A DNA stretch of 64,000 bases from positions 77,272 to 141,271 of the forward strand of contig CANGWH010000001.1 of NCBI GenBank assembly GCA_947457565.1. Direction: 5' to 3'. Each line of letters opens with the position of its first letter. Position 1 is the stretch's first letter. The DNA comes from Flavobacteriales bacterium (GTDB taxonomy: Bacteria; Bacteroidota; Bacteroidia; NS11-12g; UBA955). This document shows, piece by piece, positions 1 to 8,086 of this stretch. A program made the position numbers and the translations under genes. The notes below the pieces were generated by a model, which saw nothing but the letters and a program-made list of their open reading frames with translations, made no database searches and was not told the DNA's origin.

Positions 1-478
1 CCTTTCCATTTATATATGATGCTACCGAGGCATAATCAACGATTAACCAACGTGGTAAATACCAACCAAAACTATCCAACAGATGTGTAAAATATCCAGA
101 CCACGAAAAGGCAACATAAATATTACCTATAGCATATTCCATTAATAAAGCCCAACCAATTATCCAAGCAAACAACTCACCAAATGAAGCATACGCATAG
201 GTATATGCGCTACCTGCAACAGGAATCCTTGATGCAAATTCGGCATAACATAATGCCGCAAATCCGCATGCAATTGCACATAAAACAAACAACCAAATAA
301 CGGCAGGTCCTCCGGATGAGCAAGCCTCACCTATAGAAGAAAATATCCCTGCACCAATAATTGCCGCTATACCGAATAACGTTAGGTCTCTAGTTCCTAA
401 TACCCTGTTGAGCGTAGATTGAGAACTATTATTCTCAAATATTGTCTTCCTGCGAAATAATTGATTCAACAATTTCAT
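1..478 (-). CDS. Amino acid permease (APC superfamily), N-terminal part only; gene runs off the left edge of the window
   Basis: Absent from the ORF track because it is truncated. My reverse-strand translation from ATG 478..476 reads MKLLNQLFRRKTIFENNSSQSTLNRVLGTRDLTLFGIAAIIGAGIFSSIGEACSSGGPAVIWLFVLCAIACGFAALCYAEFASRIPVAGSAYTYAYASFGELFAWIIGWALLMEYAIGN. This is the typical TM1-TM3 signature of APC/cationic amino-acid transporters. Confidence 0.8.
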   Translation of the reverse strand, partial: MKLLNQLFRRKTIFENNSSQSTLNRVLGTRDLTLFGIAAIIGAGIFSSIGEACSSGGPAVIWLFVLCAIACGFAALCYAEFASRIPVAGSAYTYAYASFGELFAWIIGWALLMEYAIGNIYVAFSWSGYFTHLLDSFGWYLPRWLIVDYASVASYINGK

Positions 479-536
479 CATTGGCTGCGATATTACTACC
501 AAGTTAGTTAAAATTACATTTTTGTGGGAAAAATCC

Positions 537-544
537 TAATTTTG
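537..544 (+). promoter_or_regulatory. Bacteroidota-type -7 promoter box TAATTTTG upstream of the 561 gene
   Basis: Exact match to TAnnTTTG, 16 nt upstream of ATG 561, in the divergent region between the permease and the Cys/His-rich gene. Confidence 0.45.
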
Positions 545-560
545 TAGTAAATTAGTACGA

Positions 561-1049
561 ATGATTCGAAAATTTGCGACTTACTTATTGTTGTTGGTTA
601 TATCCTTCAGTGTAGGTTTTTTGCAATTTGGATACCATCTATGTTATCAAGATGGATTGCATTTATTTAATCACGATTGCCATACGGATCATCAAGCAGC
701 GGTTTTTACAGTCAACAAATCATCTTCTTCCGTAAAGCGTTGTTGCGTAAATATTAATCATTCTTTAACAGACAATAAGGAGGGTTATCACAGGGAACAA
801 TTCCAAATTACGGATGACTGCTGTATTAAGGAGTTCTTCTTTTTTGTTAATCCCTTACCGGAAAAGTTGCAAACTGTGGTACTTCCACAACCAGATCAAC
901 TTGAAGTATTATTGGATGTAGCATTCAATGAATCTATAAATATTTATAGAGCCGCTTACAGGAAACTTAATAATATTAATGCCTCAATACCAATTTTAAG
1001 GAAAACATCGAATGAGTATTGCAGGTATTTAAACACTTGGTTGATTTAA
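561..1049 (+). CDS. Exported or membrane-anchored Cys/His-rich small protein, possibly HYC_CC_PP-family-like
   Basis: N-terminal hydrophobic segment (YLLLLVISFSVGFLQF). It is followed by GYHLCYQDGLHLFNHDCHTDH, KRCCVNINH, DDCCIKEF and LPQPDQ: 7 Cys and 7 His within about 65 residues. The motif order (H-x-C, CC, P-x-P) and the Bacteroidota metal-gene context recall the HYC_CC_PP family as I remember it. Not verified by search. Confidence 0.5.
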   Translation: MIRKFATYLLLLVISFSVGFLQFGYHLCYQDGLHLFNHDCHTDHQAAVFTVNKSSSSVKRCCVNINHSLTDNKEGYHREQFQITDDCCIKEFFFFVNPLPEKLQTVVLPQPDQLEVLLDVAFNESINIYRAAYRKLNNINASIPILRKTSNEYCRYLNTWLI

Positions 1050-1119
1050 TATCCTCAAGTTCCAAACAATGAGAATGAACTTATTCTCCTATTTTATTTA
1101 AATATTAAATCAATTAATC

Positions 1120-1509
1120 ATGAAAAATCAATTAAAAAAATCACTGTATATTTATATATTTCTTGGCGCTAGCCTTTTAAATATAGCTTTCACCTCTGGG
1201 CCAAAACCCAAACCCATTAAAAAATCAGAAATCGCATTTCAAGTGGAAGGCACATGCACCATGTGCAAGGATAGAATTGAGCAATCCTTGGATAAAAAAG
1301 GTGTTTATAAGGCAATTTATGATGTAAAATCAAAATTATTAACCGTTACTTTTGATCCCCGTAAATTGGAAGAAATTCAAATTCACAACATGGTAGCCAT
1401 GGTTGGACACGATACACCACTAGTTACAGCAAGTGAAGTTGTTTATCAAAGTTTACCCGATTGTTGTAGATATAGGGAGGGTGGAAAATGCGAGCACGAC
1501 GATTTTTAA
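1120..1509 (+). CDS. Exported heavy-metal-associated (HMA) domain protein
   Basis: Signal-peptide-like N-terminus (LYIYIFLGASLLNIAFT) and a KPKPKP linker. HMA-like core: IAFQVEGTCTMCKDRIEQSLDKKGVYKAIYDVKSKLLTVTFDP, with a CxxC metal loop (CTMC). Extra C-terminal PDCCRYREGGKCEHDDF. Confidence 0.8.
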   Translation: MKNQLKKSLYIYIFLGASLLNIAFTSGPKPKPIKKSEIAFQVEGTCTMCKDRIEQSLDKKGVYKAIYDVKSKLLTVTFDPRKLEEIQIHNMVAMVGHDTPLVTASEVVYQSLPDCCRYREGGKCEHDDF

Positions 1510-3545
1510 TTGTCACTCTATACATTTCCTTAACCACCACCGAAAACATTCTTCAAGCGCAACATCGTACTGATTCTGTTGCTACTGATTCCAATGGATC
1601 TCGTATAGGTACTATAGAAATCAATTCGAAAAGTAATGCGCGGTTTGATAGTAAAGGAATGGGTATTAAGGAAATTCTAGGGGAAGAAGAATTCAAAAAA
1701 GCAGCCTGTTGCACATTATCTGAGAGTTTCGAACTAACTAATACGGTAGAAGTTTCAAATTCCGATGGTGTTAGTGGCATGAAGCAAATTGAATTGCTTG
1801 GATTGCATAGTAAATACGTTGGTATGACGCGTGAAAACATGCCCACAGCAGAGGGGATTTCTAGCATTAATATGCTAAGTAATATTCCCGGACCCATGGT
1901 GGGCGGTGTTCATATTTCTAAAGGTATAGGATCTGTAACCAGCGGTTGGGATGGGATTACCGGTGGATTAAATTTTGCAATGAAAAGCGATTTGAAAGAT
2001 CCTCGATTATTTTTTAATGCGTACTCCAATAATCAAGGTAGGAATGAATTCAACGCCGTGTTAAAATCACTTGGAAAAAGAACTTTAAGCCATACCTACC
2101 TGCATCGAGGAAATCAATTTTCAACTACCGACATGGGGCACGATGGTTATAGCGACATGCCTTTATATACTCGTTATGTTATTGGTAATCACACCCAAAT
2201 TCCCAATAAAAAATGGGAGATGCAAATTGGAAGTCTATTTTGGTTGGATAAACGAAATGCTGGGGAAGTAGAGCATGGGAAATGGGGGCAGTTAATTTCT
2301 GGAGATAATAGATTTCATTTCAAGTTGAACGAACAACATGGCGATGTATATCTCAAATATGGAAGATTCTTAAATGAGGTTGGATCGCGAAGTATTGGCA
2401 ATGTTTTTAAAGTTTCTCATCACCAGATAGATGCTGGTTTGAATTCCTTAATACATCGAAATTTCAATGCCAATGAAACACGATTACATTATTCATTGTT
2501 GTATCAAACGCCGGAAATTGATGAAAAACAAACCAAATCAGGAATTCAAGTTAACGTGGTAAATTGGAGAGAAAGTCTGATAGATACGCACAATTTAAAC
2601 TGGAACTTCGAACATACTTTTGCAGAAATTGGTGGCTTTCATGAATGGGTTTTTGAAGGAGAACACTGGAGTTGGGTAGCCGGTGGAAGAATTGATTATC
2701 ATAGCTTATATGGTGTTTTTGCAACTCCTCGTTTGCATGGAAAATACACTATAAATCCCAACAATAAAATCAACTTCCAAGGCGGTATTGGCAGAAGAAC
2801 ACCGTTTATACTATCGGAAAATTTAAACAATTTAGTTAACAATCGTTCTATAATTATTGCCGATACGGGATTATTAAACAATGGTTTTTTACCACAAGAA
2901 AAAGCGTGGAACGGCGGAATATCCTATTTAAAGAATTTTATTCTTTTTGATTATCCAGCAAGTTTTGTTATAGATGGGTTTTATACCAAATTTTTATCCC
3001 AAATAATCACGGATCGCGATGAAAATTTAGACCAAGTAATTATTCGTTATTACAATGGCAATAGAGCGGGTTCAAATTTGGCTGTGCAATTAGATTTAAA
3101 TGGTTATTTCCATAGAAGATTTACTTATCGCCTATCCTACCGGTATTTACACAGCGAAGGATTCTATGGTGGAATCATGCAGTTACAACCATTTCAATCA
3201 AAGCATCGTGGAATTGTATTTTTGCAATATCAAACACGCAATAATTGGTACTTTGATTGGGTTTGTCAAATTAATGGAGCGAAACGACTACCTTATTTTT
3301 CAAATCCCAATATTGGTATAATTTCAACTTGGATGCCTGGATATAGCACAACTTATACCGTACTTAATATCCAAATTAGAAAAGATTGGAAGCAATGGGA
3401 ATTTTATACTGGAACCGAGAATTTATTGAATGTTAATCAGAATAATCCTATTTTAGATGTTGGTGGTAAATTTGATGCCGGATATGCGTGGGGACCAACC
3501 AACGGTAGAACTGCTTATTTCGGCTTTCGATGGAAAATCAAATAA
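1488..3545 (+). CDS. TonB-dependent receptor (outer-membrane transporter)
   Basis: 685 aa with a signal peptide ending ILQAQ. Plug-like region KKAACCTLSESFELTNTVEVSNSDGVSGMKQIELLGL. Long beta-barrel-like region ending in the aromatic terminal motif AYFGFRWKIK. Overlaps the HMA gene by 22 nt. Confidence 0.85.
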   Translation: MRARRFLIVTLYISLTTTENILQAQHRTDSVATDSNGSRIGTIEINSKSNARFDSKGMGIKEILGEEEFKKAACCTLSESFELTNTVEVSNSDGVSGMKQIELLGLHSKYVGMTRENMPTAEGISSINMLSNIPGPMVGGVHISKGIGSVTSGWDGITGGLNFAMKSDLKDPRLFFNAYSNNQGRNEFNAVLKSLGKRTLSHTYLHRGNQFSTTDMGHDGYSDMPLYTRYVIGNHTQIPNKKWEMQIGSLFWLDKRNAGEVEHGKWGQLISGDNRFHFKLNEQHGDVYLKYGRFLNEVGSRSIGNVFKVSHHQIDAGLNSLIHRNFNANETRLHYSLLYQTPEIDEKQTKSGIQVNVVNWRESLIDTHNLNWNFEHTFAEIGGFHEWVFEGEHWSWVAGGRIDYHSLYGVFATPRLHGKYTINPNNKINFQGGIGRRTPFILSENLNNLVNNRSIIIADTGLLNNGFLPQEKAWNGGISYLKNFILFDYPASFVIDGFYTKFLSQIITDRDENLDQVIIRYYNGNRAGSNLAVQLDLNGYFHRRFTYRLSYRYLHSEGFYGGIMQLQPFQSKHRGIVFLQYQTRNNWYFDWVCQINGAKRLPYFSNPNIGIISTWMPGYSTTYTVLNIQIRKDWKQWEFYTGTENLLNVNQNNPILDVGGKFDAGYAWGPTNGRTAYFGFRWKIK

Positions 3546-3893
3546 CTAACGTTGTAAACTTTTAGTTACAATATTGATATTAGGTTCGCGGTTGAATACA
3601 AAAAAATCTATCCAACCGCGAACAATATCGTCAAGATTATTTTCAATTAATTGTTGAAATTGCTCTTTTTCATGGAGCGTTAATCCTAATTCTGTCTCTG
3701 TATTAAAAAAATTCAACCCTTTAAATAACCCCGCTTTAAACAATATTTGGCAACAGCTTCTTCTGTCTAATACGGCAGCATAAATTGTTAAAGGCGTTGT
3801 ATTTGATGGGTCAAAATAAAGTACCAATCCAAAATAATCAATGATTGACATTGACTCCTGTGGTATTGAAACAGCTATCTGGGTGGCTTTCAT
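3546..3893 (-). CDS. Hypothetical small protein (weak DUF4160-like layout)
   Basis: 115-aa ORF, last gene downstream of the ccm/DUF2520 array. Its stop codon directly abuts the convergent TonB receptor stop. The layout IIDYFGLVLYFDPSNTTPLTIYA ... RGWIDFF resembles DUF4160 by eye but lacks the usual His pair. Confidence 0.45.
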   Translation of the reverse strand: MKATQIAVSIPQESMSIIDYFGLVLYFDPSNTTPLTIYAAVLDRRSCCQILFKAGLFKGLNFFNTETELGLTLHEKEQFQQLIENNLDDIVRGWIDFFVFNREPNINIVTKSLQR

Positions 3894-3976
3894 CTTTGTG
3901 TAAATTCATAATAATTCAAGAACACAAAGAGATATTTAAGAGAAACAAAGTTAATTTTTATTTGGACAATTCAAAA

Positions 3977-4762
3977 TTAACTTTTCATTTGTTTAATAAT
4001 TTCCGAAAAACGTGCATATAATTCGTGCCATTGTGGATGATTTTCTAACAATCGCAAATGTTTTTGCATGGTTTTTTTATCATCCCTAACTGCTGGACCG
4101 GTTATAGCGGCGCTGGGATTTCCCATCTCCCAAGTAAGTGACATTTGGTGTAATATTGGAAGCATTACATCAAAATTAAATCCTGATTCTTTTAATAATT
4201 CAGCGGATATAGCAACGCATGTTTGCACGAAATTATTGGCAAAGACAGCAGCAACATGTACCTTTAATCGTTGTTCGCTGCTGCAATGATTAATATTTTG
4301 TTTCGAAACACCTAATTTATCGGCTAATTCCAATAATGAATCTAATACTATTGAATTTTGGAACTCAAGAAACACCGGAATTTCTTTCCAATTAGGTTTA
4401 TTCTGGTAAGAAAATGTTTGAAGTGGGTAAAACACGCCTGAGTATGCATGTCCTAATATTGGTAATTGAGTGCCCCCACTGCAGTGAATAATTACAACAC
4501 CTTTTTTATCGGCTTGTTGAGCAAAAGAAAGTATAGATGCGTCATTAATCGATAACACTAAAACATCACCTTCAACAAGGGTTTCCAATAAATCAGCCCA
4601 TGCAATAAATTGTACTTCATGTTGAGATTGGATAATCTGTGATTGTGATGAATAGCTGGAAGAAGGGCAAATTAGATCCCATGAACAACCAGAATCATTA
4701 AAGGCTTGATTAAGTGAATTACCTAATCGACCCAAACCACAAAGAATCCATCGTCTATGCAT
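3977..4762 (-). CDS. Rossmann-like plus DUF2520 domain protein (ProC/F420-oxidoreductase-like fold)
   Basis: N-terminal GLGRLG dinucleotide-binding loop. C-terminal VAAVFANNF ... ITGPAVRDD is typical of DUF2520. Start overlaps the ccmF stop by 8 nt. Confidence 0.7.
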   Translation of the reverse strand: MHRRWILCGLGRLGNSLNQAFNDSGCSWDLICPSSSYSSQSQIIQSQHEVQFIAWADLLETLVEGDVLVLSINDASILSFAQQADKKGVVIIHCSGGTQLPILGHAYSGVFYPLQTFSYQNKPNWKEIPVFLEFQNSIVLDSLLELADKLGVSKQNINHCSSEQRLKVHVAAVFANNFVQTCVAISAELLKESGFNFDVMLPILHQMSLTWEMGNPSAAITGPAVRDDKKTMQKHLRLLENHPQWHELYARFSEIIKQMKS

Positions 4763-7409
4763 TCATTAATTTTCGATATTGACTAATTCGATTACTCACA
4801 GATAAAGCGAATCCAATCACCATAATAATCGTACCGCCCCAAACCAAATTTATCCAAGGGAATTCAATCACCTGAAGTACAATATAATTTTTAACCGGAG
4901 TTTTTTCCGCTGTAGTTACTACAAATTTTACGGCTCCAGGATTGCTAGGATTAGGATCCATAATTTGCAGATTAACAATGGAAACCAAAGCGCCTAAACT
5001 CTCATTATTGTCCTCTTTTGATTGAAAAGACGACATGTCCGAAGAGATACCAAAGGTTGGATGCAACCAAGCTGAATCATTTAATCGCTTCGCTTTAACT
5101 GCTAGTCGAATTAATAATCCACTGGATTGCATTGCTTTATCCATAGTATCTATGGAAAATTGTACTTTACCAGTAGATGAAGTAAATACCTCTCTAAATG
5201 AAACGGTATCAGTTTTAAACGAGGCATAAGGCTCTTTTCTATCCATTCCACTTTCGTAATTTACATGAGTGAAAATATCCTTATGGATAAAGTGCTTGGT
5301 AGAGGGCTCTGCGAGCATCCCCATTTTAGGATTATTTTGAGTTTTCGGATTTACCGTAAAACTATCGGTAACTTTTCCTTTACTATCCTTTTTCACAAAA
5401 GCAACGGAAAAATACTTGTCGATACTATCATTTCCAACCCCCTTAATTTCGCGGATATATTTTACATCATATTCCTTTATTGATTGGTATTGATTTTTGT
5501 ATAGAATTTGGTTTTGTCGATTAAACTTAACGCCTTTCTCATCAATTTTACCATTTTCATCTATTTCAGGGGCAAGGTCAATACCTGTTTCTGATCCTGT
5601 TAATACATTTTTATTAACGGATGAAACGAGCACACCAAGCAGTAAAATACCAAACCCAACATGTGCGAAACCACCGCCCCATCGCTTCCATTCCATCCCC
5701 TTTTTTTCAATTAGATACCAAGCATTTGCTATAATTAACAGTACCGAAATTACTAAGAACAATTGAAAACCAAAGCCTGAAACCCCAAAACCAAAAATCA
5801 GTAAAACACCTGAAATCAAACCAACGATACTAATTTTAATTAGAGATTTTTTCAGAACAGCAACTTCAGTTTCTTTAAATTTAAACCAGTGCGCTATAGC
5901 CATTAACAACATAATTGGCATCGCTAACCACAGTTGTATTTTATTGTATGAATCGGCTGGCGGAACCACTGTTTTGCTGCCGAAAAGTTTGTTAAATACT
6001 GGAATTGAAGTTGCAGCAAACACCTGAACTAAGGATAATATCAAAAACATGGAGCCCAAAAACATCCAAAATTCTCTAGAATTCAAAGTTTCATCGGGTA
6101 ATTCTGCTTTAGTACGTTGATACAACATCCATACGTAAACAATGATAAATAGCAAGAAAATTACAACACCAAAATATTTGATAACCGATGTAAATGTATC
6201 ATGGGCATCGTTGGGTAGGTTGTATGCGGCAATTACTGGAATCAGGAATAGCGACAAAAAGAAAATCGCTAGTTTAATGCGCCAAGCTGATTTAACGATT
6301 ACTAACAAACTTATGGATAAAAATGCCAGCAGAAAAAGCAATAATTGACCTGATAATCCTAAATCTGTAAATGAGTGTACTGAACTATCTCCCAAAATTC
6401 CGCTGCGTGTTAAAAATGTTGCGTATAGAACCAACCAAAATGATAGCTGTATCAATAAATGCGAGGTAAACAAATGTCTTCCGGTGGATCTAGAAATAAT
6501 AACCATGTGTGCGGCGGCAGCCATTATCAACCAGGGCATCAAGGAAGCATTTTCTACCGGATCCCATGCCCAATAACCGCCAAAAGATAAGCTCTCATAG
6601 GCCCAAAATCCACCCATGATAATTCCCAAACCCAATATGCCAACGCATACCAAACTCCATATTAATGCTGGTGAAAGCCAAGCACGTTCATTTCCTCTCC
6701 ATAATGCAGCAATGGAATAGGCAAATGGCACTAAGGCTGTGGCAAAGCCTAAAAACAACGTTGGTGGATGTATTACCATCCAATAATTCTGTAAAATAGG
6801 ATTCAATCCATTACCATCTTTAAATACTTGCAGATAATTCCCAATACCTAGTTCTGCTAGAATTGGTATGTTTAATAAATCTGGTCGTTGCTCACGCAAC
6901 AAATCAAACGGAGAAGAACCAATTTTAAACTCACCGAACTGAAACCCAATTAACATAGAAGACAATGCAATTTGTGCAAAGCCAACAACTACCATCACAG
7001 GACTTTCCCATTCTTTTGCAGATCTCTGTAATATTAAACCTAAAATTGAGTTCCAAAACAACCACAATAAAAAGCTACCTTCTTGTCCTTCCCAAAAACA
7101 GGAAATCATGTAATGAACAGGCAAGGCGTTGGATGAGTGTCTCCAAGCATAGTGGTATTCGTACCGATGATAAAAAATTATAGTAAATAGTGTAATAAAT
7201 ATACCAACTATGGATATCACGTGAAGTTGAAAAAACCGTTTAGCCCATGGGAAACCCGTAGAACTGACTTCCTTATTTTGCTCATTAACAAAATAGAATA
7301 AAGTACTTAGAATTGCAGATATTAATGCTATTACCGTTAATGAATGTCCTAAATTGCCAATCCATAGCCATTCACCGATAAATTTTTGCGCAGCAGCTGT
7401 AGTTTCCAT
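4755..7409 (-). CDS. ccmF: Cytochrome c maturation protein CcmF (heme lyase, System I)
   Basis: 884-aa polytopic membrane protein with the Trp-rich heme-handling motif FGGYWAWDPVENASLMPWL and a large C-terminal periplasmic region. Follows ccmE after a 3-nt gap. Confidence 0.85.
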   Translation of the reverse strand: METTAAAQKFIGEWLWIGNLGHSLTVIALISAILSTLFYFVNEQNKEVSSTGFPWAKRFFQLHVISIVGIFITLFTIIFYHRYEYHYAWRHSSNALPVHYMISCFWEGQEGSFLLWLFWNSILGLILQRSAKEWESPVMVVVGFAQIALSSMLIGFQFGEFKIGSSPFDLLREQRPDLLNIPILAELGIGNYLQVFKDGNGLNPILQNYWMVIHPPTLFLGFATALVPFAYSIAALWRGNERAWLSPALIWSLVCVGILGLGIIMGGFWAYESLSFGGYWAWDPVENASLMPWLIMAAAAHMVIISRSTGRHLFTSHLLIQLSFWLVLYATFLTRSGILGDSSVHSFTDLGLSGQLLLFLLAFLSISLLVIVKSAWRIKLAIFFLSLFLIPVIAAYNLPNDAHDTFTSVIKYFGVVIFLLFIIVYVWMLYQRTKAELPDETLNSREFWMFLGSMFLILSLVQVFAATSIPVFNKLFGSKTVVPPADSYNKIQLWLAMPIMLLMAIAHWFKFKETEVAVLKKSLIKISIVGLISGVLLIFGFGVSGFGFQLFLVISVLLIIANAWYLIEKKGMEWKRWGGGFAHVGFGILLLGVLVSSVNKNVLTGSETGIDLAPEIDENGKIDEKGVKFNRQNQILYKNQYQSIKEYDVKYIREIKGVGNDSIDKYFSVAFVKKDSKGKVTDSFTVNPKTQNNPKMGMLAEPSTKHFIHKDIFTHVNYESGMDRKEPYASFKTDTVSFREVFTSSTGKVQFSIDTMDKAMQSSGLLIRLAVKAKRLNDSAWLHPTFGISSDMSSFQSKEDNNESLGALVSIVNLQIMDPNPSNPGAVKFVVTTAEKTPVKNYIVLQVIEFPWINLVWGGTIIMVIGFALSVSNRISQYRKLMNA

Positions 7410-7412
7410 GAA

Positions 7413-7832
7413 TTACTGTTTAGGAATAACTGCGGATTGTTCGGAAGCTTGAGTTTCTTCGTATTTGGACGGACATTTAGTAAGTACTTTTTCCGCAAAA
7501 AAAGCATTCTCAATCGCATGCCCTTCCAATACTAATTTCTCAATTTGTTGAAATTGCGGTGGAATGGTGCCGTTAAAAATAACCTTACTTTCAACACCTA
7601 ATGAATCAACTGCATAAAAAACAAGCTTTTCAGCATTTTTTTGGGGATCGTATTCAATCTCTTTGGACTTATTCAAGTTACAAAATATATGAACCGTCTT
7701 ACTTGGGTTATCGCGATAAATGGCTTGCGCTTCATTAAACGAAACATATTGGGTAGTACTGCCATACATACTTACAACAGAAGCAATTCCAATAGCAGCA
7801 ATCAATAACAAAGCAATGTGTAATTTTTTCAT
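7413..7832 (-). CDS. ccmE: Cytochrome c maturation protein CcmE, Cys (CxxxY) variant
   Basis: 139 aa with an N-terminal membrane anchor and an OB-fold-sized body. The C-terminal LTKCPSKYEE sits where canonical CcmE has HxxxY. ATGA overlap with the upstream ccmD-like gene. Confidence 0.8.
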   Translation of the reverse strand: MKKLHIALLLIAAIGIASVVSMYGSTTQYVSFNEAQAIYRDNPSKTVHIFCNLNKSKEIEYDPQKNAEKLVFYAVDSLGVESKVIFNGTIPPQFQQIEKLVLEGHAIENAFFAEKVLTKCPSKYEETQASEQSAVIPKQ

Positions 7833-8086
7833 TTTGTTAATTTTTCTTCTACTTTGCGAAGTCTACGACTCATTCGTAATAAATAAAACCAAATCCCCAA
7901 GAATATTATCGCTAACACGGCAACAACTGTATTATATCGATATGATCCTTGCAGCCAGTCTGCCGCATTTGAATCTAACTCTTGTGTAATATTATTTGTT
8001 TCGGTTTGTGCTGAAACCAAATAAGGAATCAACAACAAACCTAGGAAAAACAATTGTTTCAAACTCGTATTAAACATTTTCTTCAT
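7829..8086 (-). CDS. CcmD-like small membrane protein (Bacteroidota alternative CcmD family)
   Basis: 85 aa. N-terminal signal-like segment, then a C-terminal TM followed by a basic tail: YNTVVAVLAIIFLGIWFYLLRMSRRLRKVEEKL. Lies between ccmC and ccmE with overlapping coding ends. Confidence 0.65.
   Translation of the reverse strand: MKKMFNTSLKQLFFLGLLLIPYLVSAQTETNNITQELDSNAADWLQGSYRYNTVVAVLAIIFLGIWFYLLRMSRRLRKVEEKLTK

Noticed and set aside
1553-1897. Antisense and shadow ORFs of 60-136 aa listed in the six-frame track. Examples: 1553-1897, 2699-2881, 4068-4289, 5035-7183 set, 13068-13319, 13811-14155, 15921-16568, 19182-19922, 23032-23307, 26034-26489, 27828-28537, 34676-34900, 35845-38744 set, 42491-42742, 44019-44567, 56731-57918, 59160-59408, 60907-61230.
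   Set aside because: Each lies entirely within, or mostly opposite to, a long ORF with clear family motifs. Their translations are low-complexity or Ser/Pro/Cys-biased in the way typical of wrong-frame reads. None has its own -7 box.
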